A DNA stretch of 64,000 nucleotides from Mobula hypostoma. Taxonomy: Eukaryota. The first letter of the stretch is position 1. Each line of letters begins with the position of its first letter. The notes beneath the pieces were generated by a model that ran no database searches, had not been told where the DNA came from, and worked only from the letters and a program-made list of their open reading frames with translations. The DNA lies in assembly GCF_963921235.1 (NCBI RefSeq), contig NC_086097.1, positions 105,278,001 through 105,342,000 of the forward strand, in the 5' to 3' direction. Of the stretch, positions 25,701-38,369 are shown one piece after another. The position numbers were made by a program, and so were the translations under genes.

Positions 25701-26169
25701 GAGTGGTGGGGCTGGAGTGTTCGGTGGGAGTTGGGCGGGGGCCGGGGCCGGGGCAGGGGTAGGGGTTAGGGGTTAGGGGTTTGGAGTTAGGAAATCTTGG
25801 CGGTAAAGACGGAGCGGAGTAGAAATAATGCTGAGTGGAGTGGTAGCAGCTTGGGAAGACAGGGAAAGGGGAGATGGTATCGGGTGGGGGAGGAGGTTCG
25901 GAATCACCTCCGGGTGTCCATAACCGGGTTAACGTACTCTTTTGCCAAGTATCTCTATATACAGAGATTATTCTAATAAATAGAAATTAAACCCGTCTGG
26001 TCTGAAAGTCTTTAGCTATTTTGATTTATTGAGATATAGCTCGGAATATCACTCGGACGAGTGACGGGATTCTGCAACGCGGGTTAGGTGCGAAGTTAAA
26101 GGGCAGAACGTCTAGGGTTGTTTTCTCGGGATTGTTGCCTGTGCCACGTGCGAGTGAGACCAGAACTAG

Positions 26170-29100
26170 AAAGGTCATACAGTTTAACACATTACTAAGG
26201 AGTTGGTTTAGGGGGGAGGGCATAAGAATCATTGGGCTCTCTTCCAGGGAAGGTGGGACCTGTACAGAAGGGACGGTTTGCACCTGAACTGAGGGGGACT
26301 AATACCCTAGCAGAAAAGTTAGTTAATGCTGCAGAGTGTGGTTTAAACTGGAGTTGCAGGGGGATGGGAAACTGTGACAGTTAGTGCAGACAAGTGTTGG
26401 TAAGACCTCAAAGTTAAGAGTCAAAAGGTTGAGCATGGTGTGACCAGCGTTCTGAGCAAAAAATACCGTAGGAAAGGCGGATGAGAGTGCCGAACAAAGG
26501 ACGAAGGGTCTCGGCCTGAAACGTCGACTGCACCTCTTCCTAGAGATGCTGCCTGGCCTGCTGCGTTCACCAGCAACTTTTGTGTGTGTTGCTTGAATTT
26601 CCAGCATCTGCAGAATTCCTGTTGTTTGCCGAAGATGAGGTAGCTGGTTTACAAACAGGGGCAATGTGTAGTGAGGAGAAGATGTTGATAGCACAAAATT
26701 GCAGTCAACAGGATGAATTGCCATGTAAAAGGCAGACAGAATTGAAATAGATGAATACAAGACTGAAACTGTTGTATTTGAATGTGCACAGTATTCAGAA
26801 TAAGGTTGATGAACTTACAACACAGTTGCAGATTGGCAGGTATGATGTCGTCATCACTGAATCATGGGTGAACGAAGATTATAGCTGGGAGCTTAATGTC
26901 CAAGGATACACATTGTATCAAAGAACAGGCAGGAAGGCAAAGGGGGCAGATAAGAAATGAAATCAAATCACTCGAAAGAGGTGACGTAGGGTCAGAAGAT
27001 AGATCGAGCTAAGGAGCTGCAAGGGTAAAAAGACCCTGATGAGAGTTGTATACAGACACCTAAACAGTAGTAATGATGTGGCCTGCAGATTACAATGGGA
27101 GGTAGAAAATGGGCAATGCCCAAAAGGGCAATGTTACAATAATCATGGGGACGTCAATATGCAGATAGATTGGGACAATCAGGTTGGTGCTGGATTCCAG
27201 GAGAGGGAATTTCTAGAATGCCTATGAGATGGATTTTTTTTTAGAGCAGCTCATGGTTGAACCCACTAGGAGATCAGCTATTCTGGATTGGGTGTTGTAC
27301 AGTCAAGCAGAAATGGTTAGAGAATGGTAAAAGAAACCTTAGGCGAAAGTGATCATAATGTGTTCAAATTCACCCTGAAATTTGAGAAGCTAAAGACAGA
27401 TGCATCAATATTACTGTGGAGTAAAATGAATTACAGAGGTATGAAAAAGGAATTGGTCAGAATTAATTAGAAAAGTACACTGGCAGAGCAGTAATGAGTG
27501 GAATTCCTGGAAGCAATTCCGAAGGCACAGAATTTATACATTTCAAAGAGGAAAGAAGTATTCTAAAGGCAAGATGACACAACTGTGGCTAACAAGAGAA
27601 GTGAAAGCCAACACACAAAAGCCAAGGAGGCATATAATAGAGCAAAAATTAGTGAGGAATTAGAGGATTGGGGAGCTTTTAAAAACCAACAGAAGGCAAA
27701 GATGGAATACAAAAGGAAGCCAGCCAATAATATTAAAGAGGATACCAAAAGATTTTTCAGGTTCATAAAGTGTAAAAGAGGGGCGAGAGTAGATATCGGA
27801 CTAATGGAAAATGATGCTGGAGAGGTAATAATGGGGGACAAGGAAATGCAGATAAACTGTATAAGTATTTGGCATCAGTCTTACGTAATGAACGAACTGT
27901 GGAAGACACTAGCAGTGGAGTGGAAGTTCCAGGTATCAGGGTCATGAAGTGTATGAAGTTACCATAACTAGAGAAGATTTTTGGGAAACTGAAAAGTCTG
28001 AAGGTAGAGACCAGATGGACTACACCCCAGGGTTCTGAAAGAGGTGGCTGAAGAGCTTGTGGAAGCATTGGTTATGATCTTTCAAGAATCACTAGATTCT
28101 GGAATGGTTTTGAAAGACTGGAAAATTGCAGATGTCACTCCACTCTTCAAGAAGGGAGAGAGGCAGAAGAAAGGAAACGATAGGCCAGTTAGTCTGGCCT
28201 CAGTGGTTGGGAAGATGTTGAAGTAAGTTATTAAGGATGAGGTCTCAGGGTACTTGGAGGCACATGATAAAATAGGCCATATTCAGCATGGTTTCCTCAA
28301 TGGAAAATCTTGCCTGACTAACCTGTTGGAATTCTTTGAAGAAATAACAAGCAGGATAGACAAAGGGGAACTAGTTGATGTTGTATACATGGATTTTCAG
28401 AAAGCCTTTGACAAGGTGCTACACATAAGGCTGCTGAACAAGTTACGAACCCATTGTATTACAGGAAAGATGGATAAAGGAGTGGCTGATTGGTAGGAAG
28501 CAAAGAGTGGGAATAAAGGGAGCCTTTTCTGGTTGGCTGCTGGTGTCTGGTGGAACACAGGGGTCTGTGTTGGGACTAATTTGTTTTACATTATATGTCA
28601 ATGATTTGGATGATGGAATTGATGGCTTTGTTACAAAGTTTGCAGATAACATAGGCAATGAGCAAAGAAATGGTAGCTGGAATACAGTGTGGGGAAGTGT
28701 ATGGTCATGCACTTTGGTAGAAAAAATGAAAGGCTTTTCTAAATGGAGAGAAAATACAAAAACTGAGGTGCAGAAGGACTGCCTAAAGGTTAATTTGCAG
28801 AATGAGTCTGTGGTGAGGAAAACAAATGCAATGTTAGCATTCATTTCAAGAGGATTAGAATATAAAAGCAAGGGCATAATGTTGAGACTTTATAAAGCAC
28901 TGGTGAGGGCTCACATGAAGTATTGTGGGCAGTTTTGGGCCCCTTATTTTCAAAAGGATGTGCTGACACTGGAGAATTCATGAAAATGATTCCAGCATTG
29001 AATGGCTTGTCATATGAAGAGCATTTGATGGCTCTGGACCTGTATTCACTGGAATTCAGAAGAATGAAGGGTGACCTTATTGACCTTATTCAAATGGTGA

Positions 29101-29440
29101 AGGGCCTTGTGTATGTGGAGAGAATGTTTCCTATGATGGGAGGGTCTAGGACCAGAGGACACAGCCTCAGAATAGAGGGTCATCCTTTCAGAACGGAGAT
29201 GCAGAGGAATTTCTTCAGCCAGAGAGTGGTGAATCTGTGTAATTCTTTGCTGCAGACAGCTGTGAAGGCCATGTCTTCAAGTGCAGAAGTTGACAGATTC
29301 TTGATTGGTCAGGGCATGAAGGGATATGGGGAGAAGCAGATTGGGGCTGAGAGGAAAATTGGATCAGCCATGATGAAATGGTGGAACAGGCTCAAAGGGC
29401 CACATGGTACAATTCTGCGCCCATATCTGATGGTCTAATC
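26170..29440 (+). mobile_element. Long degenerate CR1 LINE (EN and RT)
   Basis: LKLLYLNVHSI, YDVVITESW, WKIADVTPLFKKG, YMDFQKAFDKV, FFSQRVVNL; a PLE 3' fragment is inserted at ~26500-26628. Confidence 0.9.
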
Positions 29441-31974
29441 AGCCCTTCAAGCCTCAGCAGCCAGCAATACCCCGATTTTAATCCAAGCCTAATCTTGGGA
29501 CAATTTACAATGACCAATTAACCAATACGTCTTTGGACTGTGGGAGGAAACATGTGGTCACGGGGAGAACTTACAAACTCCTGTCAGGCAGAGGCAGGAA
29601 ATGAATCTGGGTTTGATACTGTTTGGGAATGGGTATTGAATATTTTGTTTTAATCTGTTTTGGTATACTTTATGTAACATATTGCTTGGTAAATTTCCTT
29701 CTTAGCAAACCTGGAAATAAATGGATGTATTATTTTCTGCACAGTGTCTTTCCTTGTTGAGGCAAAATGAAATATGTTGCAAATTAATTGCTCATTAACA
29801 GTGTGATAGTTCAGTTTCTTCTCTGTTGGACTTGGTCTTTTCTGGAGAGCTGATAGATTTTGCAACTGAACAGCTGCAGCTTAGTCGATGGATGGGGATG
29901 ATTTCTCCACTCCCACCCACAAGGTATTATGAAGCTTACCTGTGATGCACAGTCCCACTCTGGGAATAGGTTCGAACATCAACTACACAGCGCTGTTGTT
30001 GCAAGCTGCCACAATAGTATTATCTATGGTATTGTAGAGGGGTAAACACAAGCTTTATGATAATCCTACTTTTCCTGCAATGTTTCACCTTACCTTCAGG
30101 TTATGTAGGGATATGTGTCCTCTGATGTGAATTGTTGCACTTAACAGTCAGCCTTGATTATTCCCAGACTGGGACTAGAACCTGCAATCCCTCGCCTACA
30201 CAATGTGTGAAATTGAAGTGGTAACACACTATAGAAAAATAATGCATCTGAGAGAGAGACCAGAGTTAAACATGGTATTCCAGTAAGGGCTCAGGGCAAA
30301 CTTGTTTAAAATAGTTTGTGCTTTTTGGTTCATCTAGCTGTTTTGATATTTAGCTGTCAATGTAAATGTGAATATTCTCAGTGTTATTCAGAACATGGGC
30401 TTGTTTCTATACATATCTGTGACAGGATTTAAAGCTGGAATGTGTTTGTTGCTTCTTGTTCAGTTGGAGGAAAAGTGTACCCCATCAGAGCACTTGGAGC
30501 AGGTAGACATAATTTTTTTTTTAGAAAAGGACACACTCATGGCATGGCTCACGCTGTAACTGCAGGGGCAGCCTGGATTTTGTACCTACTTTTTTTAAGC
30601 TTGCATTAACATAGATCACTGTCTTGCATGCCTCTATGTTAAACAAATATTACAGTCCAATTGGCTTAATGTTGTGGGAGTTTGAGGCCCTGAATGGTGG
30701 TGAAGGGACAGATGTAGCACTCGTTCCACTTGTGGGGATGTGCCTACAGGGGGATTAGTGGGGAGGGATGAATGGGCAAGGGAGTCAGAGAGAGAGGTCC
30801 CTGCAGAGAGTTGGGGGGGGAGGAGAGATGTGTTTCGTGGTAGGATCCTGTTGAGGATCCTTCTCCAGGGATCAGTGCTTAAACCTCCCCTTTATACCAT
30901 TTATTTCAATGACATGCCCAAAAGGACCAAATGTTATCTTTCTTAGTTTGTCAGTGACTCTTAAATGAAGGGTCATAAGGGGAAGGCAAATTTCTTCATA
31001 CAGAGGCTAGTGAATGTTTGGAAATCTTGTATCTGACGGCTGTAGGGGCTCAGTTGCCGAGTTCCTTTAAAATGAATCTCTGTTAGATGTGGAGGGACTC
31101 AAGGGATACATGTGTAAACGTTGGAAAGTGATATTGAGGTCGAAGATTGGAATAGGGCAAGCTATTTGTGATACTTGCATCAAGGAACTTGCTTGAGATC
31201 TTCGAATTCCTAGTTATAACTATCATCAATAGCTTATTTAGTCCACATTATGGCCAAGAAAGCACACCAGCACCTCCACTTTGTCACAAGGCTATGGAAA
31301 CTTGACATTTCCCTGATGTCCTCACACACTTTTATGGTACACAATAAAGAACATCCAGTCTGGATTAACACACAAAAAATGCTGGAGGAATTCAGCAGAT
31401 CAGCCAGTGTTTATGGGGAGGAATAAATATTCGATGTTTTGGACCGGGACCTTTTATCAGTACTGAAAGGAAGAGGGAAGAAGCCAGAAACTGGGGGCTG
31501 GAGTGGAATCATAGCTTAATAACTGCTCTGCCCATGTCTGCAAGAAATGATAGAGTCTATCATGAAAACCAGCCTCCCATCCATTTCCCACTGCCTTGGG
31601 AAAGCAGCCAACATGAAGACCCTTCCCACTCCACTGATTCTCCACACTTCCATCAGACAATACAAAGGCTTGAAAGCGCGTACCGCCAGCCTCAAGGGCA
31701 ACTACCCTGCTGTTATGTGGATTACTTGTAAATAAAGATGAATTTTTGATCTCTGCCTGCCTGGTCACGATCCTTACACCTTATTGTCTGCATGCACTGC
31801 ACTTTCTCTGTACCTGTAACATGATATTCTTCATTCTGTTCCTATTTTTCACTTTATACTTCCTTGATGAAATTAGTATTTGTATGGATGAAATGCAAAA
31901 CAAACTTTCTTGTTGAACTTGCTACATGTGACAATAATAAACCAGTTCACAAAATCAGCCATGACTTCATGAAT

Positions 31975-32115
31975 ATTGTTCCTTGTGGTGCATCGGGCAG
32001 CAACCTTTGCCATTTCTTTAGCGTTAGCTAGCTTGGCGCTCAACCCAGCACGAATGGAAAGCATGCAAGGAGCCGGTTGGATTTGAACCCTGGACCACTA
32101 GGCCACCAGTTGGCT
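31975..32115 (-). mobile_element. tRNA-derived SINE
   Basis: Minus strand has A-box TGGCCTAGTGG and B-box GGTTCAAATCC followed by non-tRNA body. Confidence 0.55.
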
Positions 32116-34629
32116 ATAATTTGATGAATGGTGTAGATCACAAGACTGTATTGTCCAACTCCTAGATCATGTCTATTGATGGAATTTCACTTCTGGCCTG
32201 CTCTGTGACTATTTGAGCAGTGGAAGAGGAGCTGATGCTGTTTCTAAATATGGCTGCAACTGGTTGGGTTGCTGGGTTGGCAGGTTGCTCTGAGGTGCCT
32301 GCATTTGTACCATGAGCTTCTGTATTCATTTTGGCGAAACTGGCTGAAGTGAGCAGTGCAGTTGTGAAATGGCTCTGCGTACATATTCTAAACCTAAGTT
32401 ACTGATGAATAAGTGCTTCTGGGTTGATTGTAACTGAACTCTTTCTGTTCACAATTTTGTTTGAAGACTGGGTTAGGGTACATGAGAAACAGTTGAAGAT
32501 TTGCACCATTGCTCTTGTTTGCAGCTGTACTGAGTCATAAATATTCAAATCAGTAACACGGGATAGCCTACCCATTTCTTTAAAACATACACACTTAGAG
32601 CTTGGGTTGTTCTTCTCTTGAGGGCAAGAGTTTGAAAGAGAGATGTTAAATGCAAAATAAACTTAAGATGATAGAAATCTGAAATAAAGGAAGCAAGTGC
32701 TGAGAATACTCAGCTGGTCAGGCAGTATCCATGATTATCAGAACTGAGAGAGAAAACAAGTTAATGTAATTAGCATAGAGGGTGGATAGAACAAGGCAGA
32801 TATCTCTGGTGTGAGACCAGCTGACCTAATGGAGCAATAAAGACTAATTGAAGCTGCTTTGTGTAATGAGTTGCTGAGGCAGAGCAAACAATGTTAGAAA
32901 GGCAAAAAGCAAAACTGAGTTAGAATGGCCAGTTCTGATCAGAGGGAGCAAGTTGCCTGAAGCTGGTGAATTTGCTACTCCAGAGAGATCTGCAGGCTAC
33001 AATTGGCCCACATTGAAGATAAAGTGTTAGTCCTCAAGTTTGCCTTGGGTTTTATGGTAACAATGCAGTCGATATTTTTTCACCCAGCTTGTGTTTTGCT
33101 TCTCCAGTGCAGAGGAGGCCACATTGTCACACTGAATGCAGTAGACCAGAGTGGAAGTGCCAGGAGCTTTTGAAAGGCACATTCATCTAACATTCTTCTT
33201 TGGCCTAGTCTCTTCCGTTTTATACCTGTGACACTTTGAATGTTCTTCATCACTGTGTCTCTGATTCCCTGGGATTAACTGGTGTATCTTCATGGTGGAG
33301 GCCGAGTCTGCGGGTATATTTAAGGCAGAGGCTAATTGTTTCCTGATCGATCAGGGCAGCAAAGGATATGGCGAGAAGGCAGGTTTAGGTGGTTGAGTGA
33401 TGGAATGGTGGGGCAGACTCAATGGACTGAATGACCTAATTCTGCTCCTGTGTCTTAGGGTCTTTACCATGAATGTACAATCCTTTTTTACAACATCCTG
33501 GACAATGCAGGGCAGATTGAGCCCCCTCCCACCCCAAAATCACACTGATTCAATTAGAGACCCTTTCATTTCCCCTTCACCAACACACATTCACCTGGCA
33601 GAACTCATTCTCAAAACAAACAACTCCACTCACATTCTCCAGATCAAAGATACAACAGGGGGCCCATGCTACACCTGTGTTTTTTTGTGTGGAATATGTG
33701 GACCAGTCTTTGTTTCAAAGCACCCTAGGCCCACTCTACCACCTCTCTTTCCAGTACATTAATTGTGTTGTTTGTTCCTGCACTCTTAAAGAACCTGAAC
33801 ATTTCATTACTTCTGATGCCAATTTCCACCCCCCCCCCCCCCCCCCCCCCCCCCGGCCTTCATACATCTGACTTCCCTTCCTGGATTCTCCATCTCCAAC
33901 TTGGGATACATCAGCCACAGATAATCATGAGTAACAGATTGGCTACAGCTACTAGGAAGGCTTACTCCAGTTTGACAAGTATGAGGAATCCAAAGGAAAA
34001 GTGAGGCGGTTGAAAGTTGAAGTGAAATTCAACGACAGTAAGGTCGGTAGATATGAAGGACAGCAGCAGGGTTAGGAGTGATGAAGGACTGTTGGATTCA
34101 GTTGCTTTTATTTCAGTTCAAGAGCTCTGATGACGAAGGTGAATGAACTCAGGACATAGAAAACTACATTGGACTGGGATATTATTGACATACAGAAATG
34201 TGGCTAAGGGAGGAACATGATTAGCAGCTAAGTATTCCAGTGTATAGGTGCTATAGGTGGAATAGAGGTGGAAGAGAGTGACATACATTTCTTGTTAAGG
34301 AGAACATCATGACCACAGTCTGAAATAAACTTGCTGAAGGATCATGCAATGGGGACTTATGGAGCTGAGAAATAAGGGGCTGATTAACTTGTTTTGATTG
34401 TACTATAGCTAACAAGAATCAGAAGAGCAAGTATGCAGGAAGATTACAGGAAGTTGCAGGAAAGACTGAGCTGTCATAGTAGGGATGATATGGACTGGGA
34501 CTACCATAGTGTTCAGGGCTTGGGTATGTTGAATTTGTTAAATGTGCCCAGGAAAGTTTCCTCAGACATGTAATTAGAATGCCCAGAGAGAGTGCAAAGT
34601 TGGACCTGCTCTTGGGAAACTGCATTTCA

Positions 34630-35890
34630 AGTGTCTGAGGGGTTGGGGGGGGGGCTCTTTAGTGACTGAGGGGTCAGTGGGGTGCACTTCAGTGACTGAG
34701 GGGTCAGTGGGGGGCTCTTTAGTGACTGAGGGGTCAGTGGGGGGCTCTTTAGTGACTGAGGGGTCAGTGGGGGGCACTTTAGTGACAGGGGTCGGTGGGG
34801 GGCACTTTAGTGACAGGGGTCGGTGGGGGGGCTCTTTAGTGACTGAGGGGTCAGTGGGGGGCACTTTAGTGACTGAGGGGTCAGTGGGGGGCACTTCAGT
34901 GACAGATGTCAGTGGGGGGCTCTTTAGGGACTGAGGGGTCAGTGGGGGCACTTTAGTGGCTGAGGGGTCAGTGGGGGGCTCTTTAGTGACTGAAGGGTCA
35001 GCGGGGGGCACTTCAGTGACAGGTGTCAGTGGGGGGCACTTTAGTGACTGAGGGGTTGGTGGGGGGGCACTTCAGTGACAGATGTCAGTGGGGGCACTTT
35101 AGTGACTGAGGGGTCAGTGAGGGGGGCTCTTTAGTGACTGAGGGGTCACTGGGGGGCACTTTAGTGACAGGGGTTGGTGGGGGGCTCTTTAGTGACTGAG
35201 GGGTCAGTGGGGGCACTTTAGTGACTGAGGGGTCAGTGGGGGGCTCTTTAGTGACTGAGGGGTCAGCGGGGGGCATTTCAGTGACAGGTGTCAGTGGGGG
35301 GCACTTTAGTGACTGAGGGGTCGGTGGGGGCTCTTTAGTGACTGAGGGGTCGGTGGGGGGCTCTTTAGTGACTGAGGGGTCGGTGGGGGGCTCTTTAGTG
35401 ACAGGTGTCAGTGGGGGGCACTTTAGTGACTGAGGGGTCGGTGGGGGCTCTTTAGTGACTGAGGGGTCGGTGGGGGGCTCTTTAGTGACTGAGGGGTCGG
35501 TGGGGGGCTCTTTAGTGACAGGTGTCAGTGGCGGGGCACTTTAGTGACTGAGGGGTCGGTGGGGGCTCTTTAGTGACTGAGGGGTCAGTGGGGGGCTCTT
35601 TAGTGACAGGTGTCAGTGGCGGGGCACTTTAGTGACTGAGGGGTCGGTGGGGGGCTCTTTAGTGACTGAGGGGTCGGTGGGGGGCTCTTTAGTGACAGGT
35701 GTCAGTGGGGGGCACTTTAGTGACTGAGGGGTCGGTGGGGGGCACTTTAGTGACTGAGGGGTCAGTGGGGGGCTCTTTAGTGACTGAGGGGGTCAGTGGC
35801 GGGGCTCTTTAGTGACTGAGGGGTCGGTGGGGGGCCCTTTAGTGACTCAGTGACTGAGGGGTCAGTGGGGGGGCTCTTTAGTGACTAAGT
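34630..35890. repeat. G-rich minisatellite, ~30 bp unit, roughly 40 copies
   Basis: Unit approximately ctttagtgactgaggggtc(a/g)gtggggggc(a/t); embedded in a decayed CR1 (~34000-36010). Confidence 0.97.
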
Positions 35891-38369
35891 TACTGAGATA
35901 TGAGTGGTGGGTGGGGGGATTTTAGTCATGGAATTTGAGAAATCTGATCCAGAGGTGCAAGCTCTAAATTGGGGCATGGCAAATCACGGCAGGAACTTGC
36001 AAAAGTTGATTCCAGCAGTGCACTGACATTACACAAGCGATTGGAAAATAATTACAGGCTGTTGTGTCCAACCAACAGGAATACAATGCTTCCACCTTCA
36101 ATCTTCAGGCTCAGAAGCAATCATTTAAATGCAGTGCGCAAGGTGCACCCAAGACTTTTGTAGTAAACAGTTTCAGGCTGTACATCAAACCTGGATAAAC
36201 ATGAATGTGGTGGGTGTTCATTAAATTCAACCATGTTACACAACAAACTTTTGTGTTTCTAACTCTAATGTACAAGTTTATGTAATTTATCTGTCATGTT
36301 TGTAATATACTTGTTGCTGCAAAAAGCTAATTTTAATGGCACTTACACCTTGGGTATGTATGGCCACGACAATAATAACAAATAAAATCTTCCATGCAGG
36401 ACTTTGTCCAGTGCCTTGCTGAGTTTAGCCACTTGGTAAACCCTAATCGGGTCTCTTTTGCAGTGTTAGCGACTGAAGGAGAATTTAGAGAAAAGGCTGT
36501 TGTGTTCAACCAACAGGTATGCAATGCTTCCACCTTCAGTGTGTGAAAACAAGTAACTTAAGGGCTGCTGTCTCATCAGCATCCTGGGTTTATTGTTAGC
36601 ACTGGTAAAATGCAGACAGCAACTGCACAGTTCCTGTCCCAAACAATATGCCTTGGCCTTTCCAGGAATAGTGAACCATTCAGCTCATGATCAATGTTAA
36701 ACTTCCATAGATGTGTGGTAAACACTGGCTGCCTCGCACTGCTATGGAAACACCAATGCCCCAGAATGGAAGATCCTAGACAAAGTAGTGGATACGGACT
36801 AGTCTGTCATGGGTAAAGCTCTCCCTACAATTGAACACATCTACAAGGAGCGCTGTCTCGGGAAAGCAGCATCCATCATCAAGCCATGCATACGTTGCTG
36901 TTGTTCAAGACATAGGGACTGAATTATTGAGAGAGGTTGGGACATTTTTTCAACAGAGCATAGGAGAATAAGGGGTGATCTTATACAGGTGCATAAAATC
37001 GTAGGGGCAGAGATAGGATGAATGCACGTTCTTTATGCTTGGGTTGGAAAATCAGGAACTGGAAGGCATCGGTTTAAGGTTAGAGAGAAAATATACATTA
37101 GGAACCTGAAGGGCAACTTTTTCACCCAGATGGTGGTCATTGTTTGGAATGAGCTGCCAGAGGAAGTAGTAGAGGTAGGTATATTAACTTTGTTTAAAAG
37201 ACATTTTGACAGGTACGTGGATAGGAAAGGTTTAGAGGGATGTTGGTCAACTGCAGGCTAGCTCAGGAAGATATCGTATGGACAAGTTGGGCGAAAAAGC
37301 CTTTTTCCATGCTGTGTAACACTGACCGTAGACGCAATGGGTAGAGTGTGGAGGTTGAGAGAACTGTGGACTCACAGGTCAGTAGGTACAGCGTTTTTCA
37401 CTGGAAAGTGAAGGACTTGGTGGAAGCCCCCTCAGACTCTTAAAGCGGATCTCTCCCCCCACCCCCCGAGCTGCCACCTTTGTGCATGTGTTACTGTTCC
37501 TCAGACAGCACCAAGATGTCGGTGCACCTTCATTGTTGCCTGGCCAAGACTTGGCCATAGCTCCTGCACAGACTGACACTCAGGAAGGCAAGGTGGGGGT
37601 TAGTGGAAGAGTAAACTTTGTATGCGTACCAGAAATTAGAATACTTGTGAAAGTACACAGAAAATACTGGAGGGGAATTGATGGAAAGAAACCTCCACTG
37701 AGCACAGAAACTGCCAACATTTCATATTTTAAAAAAAGTAAGTCGCAAGTATACAAAAACCTGTAGCTCTCAAAGGAGAGTATCTTTTGAGGGAAGAGGG
37801 TAAAGGGAAGTCAACATTTTGGGTTCAGACCTTTCATCTGGATTTGGGATGGCAGGGTCTCAGCCCAAAATGCAGCTGTCCATTGTTCCTCCAGCAGGTT
37901 GTTGTTCCAGATTCCAGATCAAGAGTCTCTTGTGTCTGAAGTAAAAGTGTTACCTTGCCAACTATGGTTCCACACTGTCACAAGCATTCCCTCTGTTCTC
38001 TCCTACTCCCCTCTCTGTAACATTAATATGCATGCTTTCTTCCATCTGCTGACTTTCATGTCTCAGACCCAGAAAGTCAGTTTGTTTTCTCTTTCTCTGA
38101 ATGCTGCTTTACCTGAGTGCTTCCAGTACTTTCTTCTGTTTCAGATTTCCAGCATCCACAGTCTTGTTCAGGTAACGAAATGATAACCTAGTTGTGTGCA
38201 TGGCTCAGTGATGACACAGGCAGTGGATTCCCATTTTAATCTATGTACAGCACAATTATGTTTCAGACATCTTGAGTATAACAACAGCTCGGATTATTGG
38301 TTATCTTTAATCATCTAAGGAATGTCCTGTTGGTGCAGTCAGCTGATAGTGTCAGAATCTTACAACAGG

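Noticed and set aside
33828..33854. Poly-C run (poly-Pro/Gly ORFs)
   Set aside because: Homopolymer expansion inside a decayed PLE fragment
34574..35011. Proline-rich mucin-like ORF (PPTDPSVTKE repeats)
   Set aside because: Translation of the minisatellite; variable G-run lengths break the frame
34630..35890. CRISPR-like array
   Set aside because: Tandem units with no unique spacers, no cas genes, eukaryotic context
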